A DNA stretch of 60,403 nucleotides from Candidatus Adlerbacteria bacterium (GCA_037135035.1 JBAXLB010000004.1:1-60403); one strand, 5' to 3'; counted from the stretch's first letter, positions 18,817 through 28,288 are shown. The notes: generated from the sequence alone by a model not told the origin. Program-made: numbers and translations.

Positions 18817-20880
18817 CTATGGGCGAGGCCACTCTTCAACCATCAGCAAATTTTTTACTCCGGGCATGTCCTGCCAAATTTCTTCTGTCACAAACGGCAT
18901 AAACGGGTGCAGTAGTTTGAGTGAATTTTCCAACAAGTAGTACAACGTTGCGCCATACTCTGGCTTGCCTTTGCTTTCCTCCAAAATCTGCGACGCAAAA
19001 CGGTCCCAGACATAGTGGTAGAGCTTTTCTGCAGCCATATAGACACGATATTCTGCAATATCTTTTGTGACATCCGCGGCCATAGCATCAAATTCTTCTT
19101 TTAATTCTGCTTTTACTTCGCCACTGTTTTCTTGCGAAAGCACAAACCGTGTAATGTTCCAGAGTTTGTTGGCAAATTTTTTATACGCGCCAATTTTTTG
19201 TGGGTCGAGGTTTAAGTCGGTTCCTGGCGTGTTGCCGACAATAAGCCCCATACGTAGTGCGTCGGTGCCATATTCGTCCGAAACTTGAAGTGGCGAAATA
19301 ACATTCCCTTTGCTTTTGCTCATTTTTGCGCCTTTAGCGTCGCGCACCATTCCATGGAGATACACAGTTTTAAACGGCACATCGCCGGCACGGTAGAGTC
19401 CGAGCATTATCATCCGGGCTATCCAAAAAAAGATAAGATCCGAACCACTCTCCATTACAGATGTTGGGTAAAAAGTTTTGAAGTCACTGGAGTCGGGGTA
19501 GCCGAGTGTTGCAAATGGCCACTGGCCCGATGAAAACCATGTATCAAAGGTGTCCGGGTCGCGCGCCCAGCCTTCGCCCGGAGAGTCTTCGCAAATCTTC
19601 CATTCGTCTCCTTTACTCCATGCGGGTATCGGAATGCCCCAGACAATTTGGCGGGAAATATTCCAGTCTTGAATGTTTTCGAGCCAATGGAGGAGAATTT
19701 TCTCATGGGCTTGGGTAACAATTTTTACATCACCGTTTTTAACTGCGGCAATCGCTTTTTCTGCAAGGGGCTGCATCTTAACAAACCACTGTGCTTTAAC
19801 TTGTGGTTCGATCTCGCGACCGCACTTGTAGCACACAGGGACTTCGTGAGTGTACGTTTCGTCAATTTTTGTTACTAACCCTTTTGACTGGAGTTTTTCG
19901 ACAATTTTTTCGCGCGCTTCTTTTATATTCATCCCTGCAAACTCGCCAGCAATAGGGAGTAGCTTTCCGCGCCAATCGATTACTTGCTCGTAGGGGAGGC
20001 TGTGGCGCTGTGCAATGTCGAAGTCGGCTTGGTCGTGCCACGGGGTAATGGTCATGACGCCAGTACCCAGCTCCATGTCTATGTGCGCGTCTTTGACAAC
20101 TGTTGCAGTAATGGGGCCGTTGATCCACTCCAATTCAAACTGCTGGCCTTGTGTGTACTGCGCGTAGCGCGGGTCATCTGGGTGCATCACCACGTACTTG
20201 TCGCCGAATTTTGTTTCTGGCCGTGCCGTGGCTATAACAAACGGCCCGTATTGTAAATAATAAAATTTGTCAGTGCGTGTCTCGCGGTCGGTTTCCAAGT
20301 TGGAAAGAGATGTCTGATGTTTGGGGCACCAGTTTACAATGCGTGAACCGCGGTACAGAAGCCCGTCGTCGTTTAATTTTTTAAATGTGTCGTATACAGT
20401 TTTGATTACTTTTTCGTCGAGCGTAAACATCTCGCGTGACCAGTCACACGATGCCCCGAGTTGGCGGATCTGCCCTTCCATAAACGACTTGTTGGACAGG
20501 GTAAAATCCATGATTTCTTTATAGAGCTGTTCGGGCTCCATACCAAAACGCGAACGCCCTTCTTTTTCTAGCTGGCGTTCATACACTACCTGTGTTTCAA
20601 AACCAGCGTGGTCGGCACCGGGTAACCACAAAGCTTTTTTACCCTGCATACGCGCGAAGCGGGTCATAATGTCTTGTAGAGTTACAAAGAGCGCGTGCCC
20701 GGCATGGAGCGAGCCGTTCGCATTTGGTGGCGGCATGATGATAGTAAACGGCTCAGTGCGTTCTCCGGGCAAGTTGTCGGGGTTAAAAAAGCCGCTGTCT
20801 TCCCACTTTTTATATATAGCAGGCTCGACAGATTTTGGGTCGTAAGGTTTTAGGAATTTTTCCGGGACGTGTTCTTCCAT
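18817..20880 (-). CDS. valS: valine--tRNA ligase (short form, no C-terminal coiled coil)
   Basis: PPPNANGSLHAGHA (HIGH), WLPGADHAGFETQ and KMSKSKGNV (KMSKS). 687 aa, against roughly 880 aa for typical bacterial ValRS. Confidence 0.9.
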   Translation of the reverse strand: MEEHVPEKFLKPYDPKSVEPAIYKKWEDSGFFNPDNLPGERTEPFTIIMPPPNANGSLHAGHALFVTLQDIMTRFARMQGKKALWLPGADHAGFETQVVYERQLEKEGRSRFGMEPEQLYKEIMDFTLSNKSFMEGQIRQLGASCDWSREMFTLDEKVIKTVYDTFKKLNDDGLLYRGSRIVNWCPKHQTSLSNLETDRETRTDKFYYLQYGPFVIATARPETKFGDKYVVMHPDDPRYAQYTQGQQFELEWINGPITATVVKDAHIDMELGTGVMTITPWHDQADFDIAQRHSLPYEQVIDWRGKLLPIAGEFAGMNIKEAREKIVEKLQSKGLVTKIDETYTHEVPVCYKCGREIEPQVKAQWFVKMQPLAEKAIAAVKNGDVKIVTQAHEKILLHWLENIQDWNISRQIVWGIPIPAWSKGDEWKICEDSPGEGWARDPDTFDTWFSSGQWPFATLGYPDSSDFKTFYPTSVMESGSDLIFFWIARMIMLGLYRAGDVPFKTVYLHGMVRDAKGAKMSKSKGNVISPLQVSDEYGTDALRMGLIVGNTPGTDLNLDPQKIGAYKKFANKLWNITRFVLSQENSGEVKAELKEEFDAMAADVTKDIAEYRVYMAAEKLYHYVWDRFASQILEESKGKPEYGATLYYLLENSLKLLHPFMPFVTEEIWQDMPGVKNLLMVEEWPRP

Positions 20881-20894
20881 CAGGCCATTTTATG

Positions 20895-21965
20895 CTATTT
20901 GGCTGTTTGAAGCGAGAGGCTCCCTTTGGCTGCAATTGTTTCGGGTGGAGGGATAACTTCTGCGCCGGAAAGCATGCGGGCAAGCCCTGCCATGGCTATC
21001 ATCACGGCGTTGTCGCCGGTTATGTCGAGTGCTGGGAGGCGGAATTCGACGTTAGGAAATTCTGCCTCAATGAGGGCGCTCAAAGTGCGACGCAGATGTT
21101 TACTTGCCGCAACTCCGCCGCCAATGACAAATGTTTTGGCGTCTGTCTGTTCCAGCGCGCGCCGTGTTTTTGCAATAAGTACGTCGGACACGGCGTCTTC
21201 AAACTCTCGGGCAAACGCTGCTATGTGGTCGCTGGAGAGTGTGTGCATTCCTCCCAAGTCGCGCAACGCATACAGCACTGCGGTCTTTAAACCTGAGAAA
21301 GAAAAGTCGCAGGTAGGCTCGTGCAACATGGGGCGGGGAAGTTTAATGTCGGAGGTTATATTATTTTGCCGCGCATATTCTGCAAGTTTGGAAATTTCTG
21401 GGCCGCCGGGGTAGGAGAGCCCGAGCATGCGTGCGACTTTGTCGAACGCTTCGCCCACGGCGTCGTCTTTGGTTTGGCCAACAAGTGTGTAGTCGAACCA
21501 GTCCTTCATTAATGCAAATTCTGTATGGCCACCCGAAATTAGTAGCCCAAGTACTGGCAGCTGTATGTTTTCAAGTGTGCCGTTTTGCACCAATGAAGAA
21601 ATCAAGTGCCCTTCCATATGGTTTATGGGCAAAAGTGGAAGGTTCCACTCGGCTGCAAGTTTTTGCGCAAATGTTATCCCTGTCCAAAGTGCGGGTTCTA
21701 AACCCGGCCCGTAGGTGACGGCAATAGCGTCTAGAGTTTGTTCGCCAGCTTGTTTCAGAGCTTGTTCAAGCATGGGCGGTAAGTTTTTTATATGCTCGCG
21801 TTTTGCAAGAGCGGGGAATACGCCGCCATATTCTGCATGTAGTGCGGCTTGGGAAAGTAGTGCATTTCCAAGTACGGTAAAAGAAAAAGACTCTCCATCT
21901 TTAGTACCTTCAAGTATGGCAATGCCCGTCTCGTCGCAGCTTGTTTCTATAGCGAGGATTTTCAT
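20895..21965 (-). CDS. tsaD: tRNA N6-adenosine threonylcarbamoyltransferase
   Basis: MKILAIETSCDETGIAILE, ISGGHTE, GGGVAA. Confidence 0.9.
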   Translation of the reverse strand: MKILAIETSCDETGIAILEGTKDGESFSFTVLGNALLSQAALHAEYGGVFPALAKREHIKNLPPMLEQALKQAGEQTLDAIAVTYGPGLEPALWTGITFAQKLAAEWNLPLLPINHMEGHLISSLVQNGTLENIQLPVLGLLISGGHTEFALMKDWFDYTLVGQTKDDAVGEAFDKVARMLGLSYPGGPEISKLAEYARQNNITSDIKLPRPMLHEPTCDFSFSGLKTAVLYALRDLGGMHTLSSDHIAAFAREFEDAVSDVLIAKTRRALEQTDAKTFVIGGGVAASKHLRRTLSALIEAEFPNVEFRLPALDITGDNAVMIAMAGLARMLSGAEVIPPPETIAAKGSLSLQTAK

Positions 21966-21987
21966 TTTGGTGTAAATTCTAATGTAT

Positions 21988-22060
21988 GCGCGGTTAGCTC
22001 AGTTGGTAGAGCATCCCCTTGACGTGGGGAGGGTCACAGGTTCGAATCCTGTATCGCGCA
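21988..22060 (+). tRNA. tRNA-Val (GAC)
   Basis: GCGCGGTTAGCTCAGTTGGTAGAGC; anticodon loop TTGACGT; T arm CACAGG-TTCGAAT-CCTGT. Confidence 0.9.
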
Positions 22061-22097
22061 CAGCAAACGAACTAAAAGGTTTTGAAAGAGATAAGGA

Positions 22098-22132
22098 GTG
22101 GGCGTTGCGAAGCAACGCCCACGCTAGTTTTT
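22098..22132 (+). terminator. rho-independent terminator after tRNA-Val
   Basis: Perfect 11-bp stem GTGGGCGTTGC-GAA-GCAACGCCCAC followed by GCTAGTTTTT. Confidence 0.75.
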
Positions 22133-22155
22133 GAAATTCGGCAGGGTTTGGGTTT

Positions 22156-22207
22156 CCGCCCCGCAGGAGGGTGCGGGAGGAATGCGGGGCGGGCATTTTA
22201 ATTTTTT
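22156..22207 (+). terminator. second GC-rich hairpin plus T-tract
   Basis: CCGCCCCGCA-(17 nt)-TGCGGGGCGG followed by GCATTTTAATTTTTT. Confidence 0.5.
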
Positions 22208-22224
22208 GAAACGACAGAAAAAAA

Positions 22225-22578
22225 TTAGTCAGGTAAATCTAATTTTTTTCTCAATTCCTTGATTTTTTCTTCATCAGCTTTTACACTTTCTTCACGCTTC
22301 GCGCTCACTTCTTCAATTCCTTGAACTAGAGAATCAAGTTTTTCTTTTGTCTTTTGTAATATTTTTTCCTTTTCCTCTCGAAATAATTTTAGGTATTCTT
22401 CTTCAGTTAGACTATTCGTATCAAATTTTTGATCGAGATCAGTTGATACTTTCTTCATTTCACTCTGAGCATGAAAAATTATTTTGTCAATTTCTCTTTT
22501 TAAAAAAACAAGATCAGTTTCCTTGCTTTCAATTTGCTTAACATATTCGTCTATTAAATTTTTTATTTCTTCATCCAT
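22225..22578 (-). CDS. coiled-coil hypothetical protein (AT-rich cassette)
   Basis: 117 aa, K/E-rich coiled coil. Composition is clearly more AT-rich than the neighbours. Confidence 0.5.
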   Translation of the reverse strand: MDEEIKNLIDEYVKQIESKETDLVFLKREIDKIIFHAQSEMKKVSTDLDQKFDTNSLTEEEYLKLFREEKEKILQKTKEKLDSLVQGIEEVSAKREESVKADEEKIKELRKKLDLPD

Positions 22579-22583
22579 ATTTT

Positions 22584-22949
22584 TTACAATTTAAATAAAT
22601 GCCTAACTCCTATTTTTGCTCCTTGCCCTGCAAGGTGAACGGCATTCGCGGCGACTTTGAGAGTGTTGTGTGCGATTCCATTTTTGCCAATAAAAAGTTT
22701 AAGTGCATCTTTGGCATAATTACTCCCTCCATAATTTTTGCTATATATCGGCTTCAGAGCATTTAGAAATAAATTTGTGGGAGTTTTTAACAAAGTAGTA
22801 ACTCCCGTTTCGTAAGCATTATGCCCTAATCCATTTAGTATGGTAGAAAACTCCGCATTTTCCTTTGCCATTTCAGCACGAAAAGCTGGGCTTCGTCCTC
22901 GTGCCTCTCGTTTTGCCAATTGATCTTTTACAAACTTCTCAATACCCAT
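22584..22949 (-). CDS. hypothetical protein (AT-rich cassette)
   Basis: 121 aa. No family recognised. Lies 5 nt upstream of 22225..22578, so probably one operon. Confidence 0.5.
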   Translation of the reverse strand: MGIEKFVKDQLAKREARGRSPAFRAEMAKENAEFSTILNGLGHNAYETGVTTLLKTPTNLFLNALKPIYSKNYGGSNYAKDALKLFIGKNGIAHNTLKVAANAVHLAGQGAKIGVRHLFKL

Positions 22950-22974
22950 ATTTAGATATATTACTACTTTTCCT

Positions 22975-23076
22975 TTATTTTGCTAGTGCGCTAGACACAC
23001 CAAACGCTGCTTCGTAAAACTTTTGTGCACGGTCTAGGTCGTCTCCTTGGATTTCAAAATGTACAACTCGGTTCAT
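22975..23076 (-). pseudogene. truncated N-terminal fragment of a glyoxalase/VOC-family gene
   Basis: 33-aa ORF MNRVVHFEIQGDDLDRAQKFYEAAFGVSSALAK. VHFEI..DD..RA.KFYE..FG is the typical N-terminus of VOC proteins of about 120-130 aa, and the reading frame stops right after it. Confidence 0.55.
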
Positions 23077-23166
23077 AATTTAATTTTTATTAGTAAGGGT
23101 AGGGACAGTATAACAAATAGTCTTTTGCAAAAGCTCTTCAGAAACGTTACTATGCCACTGTTTAAA

Positions 23167-23253
23167 GGAGAGGTGGCTGAGTGGTCGAAGGCACCGGTTT
23201 CGAAAACCGGCATCTGGGAAACTGGATCGAGGGTTCAAATCCCTCCCTCTCCG
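23167..23253 (+). tRNA. tRNA-Ser (CGA)
   Basis: GGAGAGGTGGCTGAGTGGTCGAAGGC; anticodon stem CCGGT/ACCGG with loop TTCGAAA; long variable arm; T arm GAGGG-TTCAAAT-CCCTC. Confidence 0.9.
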
Positions 23254-23264
23254 CAGCGTAGCAT

Positions 23265-23903
23265 TTAGCGTCCAAAAATCTCCTGTATTTTTTGTGCCGA
23301 AATAGCGCCTTCGCGGAGTATTTTTATTACTCCCGAAGTACTATCGACAATAGTAGAAGGGAGTGTGCCTACAGCTTCTCCCGCATCAATACAGAGGTCG
23401 ATCTGTTTGGCTTGTTCCCCAAGCTGCTCTAGAATTTTTTCAACAGTCGACTCTGGCGGTATACCATTTTTGTTAGCACTTGTTGTCACAACGGCTCCTC
23501 CAAACACGCGGGCTAGCTCCTGGCAAAATGAGTTGTCGGGAATTCTAATGCCTACTGTGCCAATATCTTTCCCTACACCTGTATCAAAACCTTCTTTTTT
23601 CTTGAGTATCAGTGCAAGCGGGCCGGGCAAAAATTTCTCTGCGAGTTTTGTAGCAGGTTCGTTTAATTCAGCATAATTCTGTGAAGTCTGTATGTCTGCA
23701 ACAAGCGACAAAAAAGAATACCCGCGGCCGCGTCCTTTTATCTTGTATATTTTTTCAACAACGCTGTCGAGTGTGGCATCGCCCCCTAGACCGTACACAG
23801 TGTCGGTGGGGTAGAGAATTATGCCGCCGTTTTTGAGCACCTCGGCTGCCTTTTGTGCAGCTGCAGCAATATCTGCGGGGGTTGTGATACGCACTATATC
23901 CAT
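23265..23903 (-). CDS. tsaC: L-threonylcarbamoyladenylate synthase (TsaC/YrdC/Sua5 family)
   Basis: ILYPTDTVYGLGGDA, IK.R....P, VTTSANK.G. Confidence 0.85.
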   Translation of the reverse strand: MDIVRITTPADIAAAAQKAAEVLKNGGIILYPTDTVYGLGGDATLDSVVEKIYKIKGRGRGYSFLSLVADIQTSQNYAELNEPATKLAEKFLPGPLALILKKKEGFDTGVGKDIGTVGIRIPDNSFCQELARVFGGAVVTTSANKNGIPPESTVEKILEQLGEQAKQIDLCIDAGEAVGTLPSTIVDSTSGVIKILREGAISAQKIQEIFGR

Positions 23904-23915
23904 ATACCTAAATCA

Positions 23916-23987
23916 TGACCCTACGGGGAATCGAACCCCGATTTAAAGCTTGAAAAGCTTCCGTCCTAACCGTTAGACGATAGGGCC
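23916..23987 (-). tRNA. tRNA-Glu (TTC)
   Basis: Minus strand GGCCCTATCGTCTAACGGTTAGGAC; anticodon stem GAAGC/GCTTT with loop TTTTCAA; T arm CGGGG-TTCGATT-CCCCG. Confidence 0.85.
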
Positions 23988-24045
23988 ACACAGACGCGCC
24001 AATAGTATCGTTTTTTTGTCAAAAACGCAAAAATCTCTGAACAGA

Positions 24046-24987
24046 CTAGTTAGCTTTTACGTAAAAGTAGATATCTTCGAGCGCCTTCACCGCGTCGCCG
24101 GCAGCAATGTTGTTTTGGTGGTACAAGCCGTCTGAGCAGTCGCCCGCAGACCAAATACCAAGCACAGACGAGCGCTGGCTTTTGCCGTCTACCTTAACGC
24201 GACCCCATTCGTCCATATCAACGAGACCTTCTACAAGTGTTGTGGCGGAGACCATGCCGATTTCCACAAATATGCCGGTTACGGCAAGTTCAGTCGTCTC
24301 GCCAGTTTGTGTATTTTTAACGACAACACTTTTTACGAACGGCCCACCCTTAACCTCTGTCGGTTCGGTATTGGTGAGCGCCTTCATGTTTGGGTGTGCC
24401 ATTACTGCCTGCACCGTTGCTGCGTCGGCGCGGGTAAAGTCGGCGCTGCGGTGTACAAGAGTGACAGACTTACAGTAGGCAAGAAGTTGTGCGGCACTTT
24501 CAAACCCGGCATTACCACCGCCAACAACAACAACGTCTTGTCCTCCAAACATCGGCCCGTCGCATGAGGCGCAGTACGTGACACCTTTGTTTTCAAATTC
24601 TGCAGCGCCGGGAATGTCGAGTTTGCGGCGCGAACCACCCGTTGCTATAAGTACTGCTTTTGCTTCGTACGTTTGTGAACTCGTTTGTATAGAAAAACCA
24701 CCATCGATTTTTGTAACCTTGTTTGCACGAGTTCCAGTTTTGATTTCTACAAAGGTGCCCGCGTATGCTTTTAAGTGGCTTTCGAGCGACTTTGCCAAGT
24801 CGAGACCGGAAATTTTTTCGGTGCCTATCCAGTTTTGGATTTCAACCGAGTCGGTGCTTTGGCCGCCGATACTTTCTGCAATAAAAATAGTTTTCAACTG
24901 TTTGCGTGCTGCGTATACTCCTGCTGCTACTCCCGCAGGGCCCCCACCGATTATTGCCAAGTCATACATAGGTGTAGATTTTAACAT
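24046..24987 (-). CDS. trxB: thioredoxin-disulfide reductase
   Basis: YDLAIIGGGPAG, redox-active CASCDG, GGGNAG. The ORF-track start at 25062 is probably too far upstream. ATG 24987 or 24969 fits the family N-terminus. Confidence 0.85.
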   Translation of the reverse strand: MLKSTPMYDLAIIGGGPAGVAAGVYAARKQLKTIFIAESIGGQSTDSVEIQNWIGTEKISGLDLAKSLESHLKAYAGTFVEIKTGTRANKVTKIDGGFSIQTSSQTYEAKAVLIATGGSRRKLDIPGAAEFENKGVTYCASCDGPMFGGQDVVVVGGGNAGFESAAQLLAYCKSVTLVHRSADFTRADAATVQAVMAHPNMKALTNTEPTEVKGGPFVKSVVVKNTQTGETTELAVTGIFVEIGMVSATTLVEGLVDMDEWGRVKVDGKSQRSSVLGIWSAGDCSDGLYHQNNIAAGDAVKALEDIYFYVKAN

Positions 24988-25146
24988 GCCAGCAAAGCAA
25001 AAAACATACCTAAGGGTATGTTTTTTTGAAACGTACGAAGCAAAAACAAGTGCGAAGGGCAATAAGTCGAGCGCGACTGGCGCGAAACATAAGAATTTTC
25101 TAGCAGGAAAATTCAGGTGACCTGAGAACTTGGTTTTTGCGTGGCT

Positions 25147-26352
25147 TTATTTAATCTTTGGACGGCGCAAAAAGCTTGGTACTGCGCCCCACTCGTCGTC
25201 TTCGTCCTCTTCTTTTTTGAGTTTTACTTCAGGTTCGGGAGTTTTTTTAGGTTCCTCCTCTTTTTCTTTTGGGACTTCGCGCGGTGCGGGAGCGGATGCT
25301 GGCGTGTTAAAGATTTTGCCAATTGGGGCGACGTCAGCCTCTTTTGTTTCGCGTGCGCCGAAGTTAAACAGCGGTGTGCCGCGTGGTGTGATACCTGCTG
25401 CAGGGAAGCCGGTTGCTATAACAGTTACACGCACCTCACCCTTTTTGAGTTTTTCGTCGCGGATTGCGCCGAAGATTATCTTTGCGTTCGGGTCGACAGA
25501 CTCGGTGATTATCTTTGCGGCTTCGTGTACTTCGATCATCCCCAGGTCGTCTTGGCCCGCAATTGCAAACAGCACACCCTTTGCACCGTTGATTGAAAGT
25601 TCAAGAAGCGGGGAAGATACTGCAGCTTTTGCTGCAATTGCTGCGCGGTTTTCGCCGCTCGCTATGCCGATACCCATGAGTGCGCTTCCGGCATTTTCCA
25701 TCACCGCGCGTATGTCGGCAAAGTCGACGTTAATGATACCCGGGTTGGTAATGAGGTCGGAAATTCCTTCAACGGCTTGTTTTAAAATGTCGTCGCACGC
25801 TGCAAATGCTGCTTTAAGTGTTGTGTCTTTTGCAACGGTTGCCAAGATGCGGTCGTTAGGGATTACGATAAGCGCGTCGACTTCCTTGCGGAGTTCTTCC
25901 AGTCCTTGGTCGGCAAGGCGGCTGCGCTGCTGGCCTTCGAATGAAAATGGTTTAGTAACAACAGCAACCGTAAGCGCGCCGAGTTCCTTTGCTGTCTTTG
26001 CAACAATAGGGGCTGCGCCTGTGCCTGTACCGCCGCCCATACCGCAGGCAATAAACACCATGTCGGAGCCTTTAATAGCCTGCTGGATTTCTTCTTTAGT
26101 TTCTTCGGCTGCGCGTTTGCCGATTTCCGGGTTCATCCCGGCGCCGAGGCCGCGTGTTAGGTTTTTACCAACGTGGATTTTTTTCTTTGCGAGTGAGTGG
26201 TGGAGGTCTTGCGCGTCTGTGTTGATGGAGATGAAGTCTACACCGCGTACTTTGCTTTCAACCATGTGGTTGACTGCGTTTTTGCCGGAACCGCCAACGC
26301 CGACAACTCGGATGCGTGCAAATGCTTCAATTTCTGCTTGTACTTGTGGCAT
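25147..26352 (-). CDS. ftsZ: cell division protein FtsZ
   Basis: GVGGSGKNAVNHM, GMGGGTGTGAAP and the C-terminal tail DDEWGAVPSFLRRP. Confidence 0.95.
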   Translation of the reverse strand: MPQVQAEIEAFARIRVVGVGGSGKNAVNHMVESKVRGVDFISINTDAQDLHHSLAKKKIHVGKNLTRGLGAGMNPEIGKRAAEETKEEIQQAIKGSDMVFIACGMGGGTGTGAAPIVAKTAKELGALTVAVVTKPFSFEGQQRSRLADQGLEELRKEVDALIVIPNDRILATVAKDTTLKAAFAACDDILKQAVEGISDLITNPGIINVDFADIRAVMENAGSALMGIGIASGENRAAIAAKAAVSSPLLELSINGAKGVLFAIAGQDDLGMIEVHEAAKIITESVDPNAKIIFGAIRDEKLKKGEVRVTVIATGFPAAGITPRGTPLFNFGARETKEADVAPIGKIFNTPASAPAPREVPKEKEEEPKKTPEPEVKLKKEEDEDDEWGAVPSFLRRPKIK

Positions 26353-26444
26353 AGAATACTGGAGTTTTCTGGTAATGGGTGCGCGGAAAGTATACCACTT
26401 CTAGCGTGCTTGCAAACTTTGACAAAAAGTCGTTTTGTTTCAGG

Positions 26445-27620
26445 TTACGGAAGGAATTTTTTGAACCAGCGCCAGAGGTTTTTAACAAGTTCACCCATAG
26501 ATGGGTCTTCGTGATGCTCTAAGTCGCCGCCGGACGTAAAACCCCAAATAGTGAGGCCGTATGCAACTGCCCACGAGCCGTCTTTAAGTTGCATTTTTGT
26601 TGCAGCGCCTTCGGCGAGTGAGGCAGTGCGGGCAGGCAAACGCAACGCTGCTTTTGCCAAGTCGGACACGCTTTGTATAAGCGAGCCGCCGCCCGTCAAA
26701 ATAATGCCTGCAGGAAGCAGTTCGTCTTTGCCGATTTTTTTCAAATGTGACTCTATAAGTTTAAACATCTCGGACACTTTTTTTGCAATGATGTCGTCGA
26801 TTTTCTTTTTTGGAAATGGGGCACCAAGTACCGCGCCTTGTTTTAACTGTTCGGCATCTTCGGGCGAGATACGCAGGCCGAGCGCTATTTCGTTAGTGAC
26901 GTTACCTGCACCTATCGGGAACACTTTTATAGAAATAGGTGTCGTATCTTCAAACACAGCAATGGAAAGAGTTTCTGCGCCGATGTTTGCCAGCACACAG
27001 CCGACACGTTTTTGCATTTTGGTGAGTGCTACAAAACTTGCGGCAATGGGCGAAGCGACGATATCTTCTACTTCAATGCCCGCATCTTCCACCGCGGCAA
27101 CCAGGTCGGTTACGTGCCGCTCGAGACAGGTAATGAACAACGTCTCGACTGCAATACGCATGCCTTTCATCCCCGCCGGTGAGCCACCCATAACTTTGAC
27201 GCCGTCGACCGCAAACCGCAGGGGAATAGTATGAATTATTTTCCTATTTAAAATTGCACTTGGTGCCAAAGCTTTTTCGCTTGCGGCAATGGCGCGGGGG
27301 ATGTCGCGGTCGGTAATTTCCGAGTCACCGCGCTCAACGACTGCTTCGCCGCGGGAAAATGCTTCGTCCAAGCCGATGCCGCCAATACCAATGTAGGCGC
27401 GTTTTACTTTAACGTGCGCGGCCTTAGAGGCCTGTGCAACAGCCGCTGCAATAGAGCGCGACACTTCCTGCCCAGATAGTATGTACCCTTGCTTGAGCCC
27501 GCGGCTTTCTGCGTAGCCGGTGCCTAAGATACGTGGGGGCTGGTGTGGGTCGGTACTTTCAGCAATGACCACTTTGACATGGTAGGTGCCGACATCAATT
27601 CCTGTAACGATTTTGCTCAT
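26445..27620 (-). CDS. ftsA: cell division protein FtsA
   Basis: Actin-like ATPase: IVTGIDVGTYHVKVV, GIGG, ILTGGGS. ATG 27620 is preferred over the TTG at 27629. Confidence 0.9.
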   Translation of the reverse strand: MSKIVTGIDVGTYHVKVVIAESTDPHQPPRILGTGYAESRGLKQGYILSGQEVSRSIAAAVAQASKAAHVKVKRAYIGIGGIGLDEAFSRGEAVVERGDSEITDRDIPRAIAASEKALAPSAILNRKIIHTIPLRFAVDGVKVMGGSPAGMKGMRIAVETLFITCLERHVTDLVAAVEDAGIEVEDIVASPIAASFVALTKMQKRVGCVLANIGAETLSIAVFEDTTPISIKVFPIGAGNVTNEIALGLRISPEDAEQLKQGAVLGAPFPKKKIDDIIAKKVSEMFKLIESHLKKIGKDELLPAGIILTGGGSLIQSVSDLAKAALRLPARTASLAEGAATKMQLKDGSWAVAYGLTIWGFTSGGDLEHHEDPSMGELVKNLWRWFKKFLP

Positions 27621-27936
27621 GTAATGCAAGACCGAATTGTTTTAAAATTCGGCGTTCTTGTTTTTCCATTGTAGCACCATGTTTGAACCCTTTAATATGA
27701 AACAACCCGTGGATAAAGAGGTAGCCGACACTAAACGGATGCGCCGCGCGGCGGCAGATCAAAATCTCGCCGGAGTTTTTAGAAAGAGGGAACGAAAGGA
27801 CGTTAGACACTTTGTCGACTTTTTTTGAACGGAGCGTCACGGCGCGCATCTCACGCATAGACAAAAAAGCATACGAGAGGTCGTATGCTTTTCCTAACAC
27901 TTCGTTTTTGAGCGCCACGTAGGGAACGCGCTTCAT
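27595..27936 (-). CDS. ybeY: rRNA maturation RNase YbeY
   Basis: The HGLFHIKGFKHG motif matches H-G-x-x-H-x-x-G-x-x-H. Its 3' end overlaps the ftsA start. Confidence 0.8.
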   Translation of the reverse strand: MKRVPYVALKNEVLGKAYDLSYAFLSMREMRAVTLRSKKVDKVSNVLSFPLSKNSGEILICRRAAHPFSVGYLFIHGLFHIKGFKHGATMEKQERRILKQFGLALHEQNRYRN

Positions 27937-27941
27937 TACGA

Positions 27942-28196
27942 TTATTTACGGCGGAAACCGCGTGGAGCGCGTTCTTCCATCTTGCCGAGCTTGATAAGCT
28001 CTTTAACGTTTTCGCGGCGTTTGATTACTTTAAGAGTTTGTTTGCGGCGCACTTCGCGGGACTTGATGCGGGTAGCATAGCGGCGGCTGCGCATGCGCTG
28101 GATAAGGCCCGAGCCCTGCACGCGCTTTGAGAAGCGGCGGATAAGGTTTACTGGTGTTTCGTTCTCGTTTTTGGTGACTTCTGCGTTAATTGCCAT
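27942..28196 (-). CDS. rpsU: 30S ribosomal protein S21
   Basis: 84 aa and very basic. LIRRFSKRVQGSGLIQRMRSRRYATRIK matches the S21 core (L.RFKR.....G.....R.R..Y.KP). Confidence 0.75.
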   Translation of the reverse strand: MAINAEVTKNENETPVNLIRRFSKRVQGSGLIQRMRSRRYATRIKSREVRRKQTLKVIKRRENVKELIKLGKMEERAPRGFRRK

Positions 28197-28253
28197 GTGG
28201 TCAAAATACTAACATAAAAGAGCGATACAGCGCAAGTAATGGATATATAGGAA

Positions 28254-28288
28254 ATATAAAAGGGCGACTACATCATCAGTAGTCGCCC
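28254..28288 (-). terminator. rho-independent terminator of the GC-rich orphan gene
   Basis: Minus strand GGGCGACTAC-TGATGAT-GTAGTCGCCC followed by TTTTATATTT. Confidence 0.7.

Noticed and set aside
23047-23268. 73-aa plus-strand ORF
   Set aside because: Its C-terminal half is simply the translated tRNA-Ser gene.
25130-26404. 424-aa plus-strand ORF covering the whole ftsZ locus
   Set aside because: It is the antisense frame of an unambiguous ftsZ gene. Its composition is low-complexity and S/A/P/F-rich, and it has no recognisable motifs.
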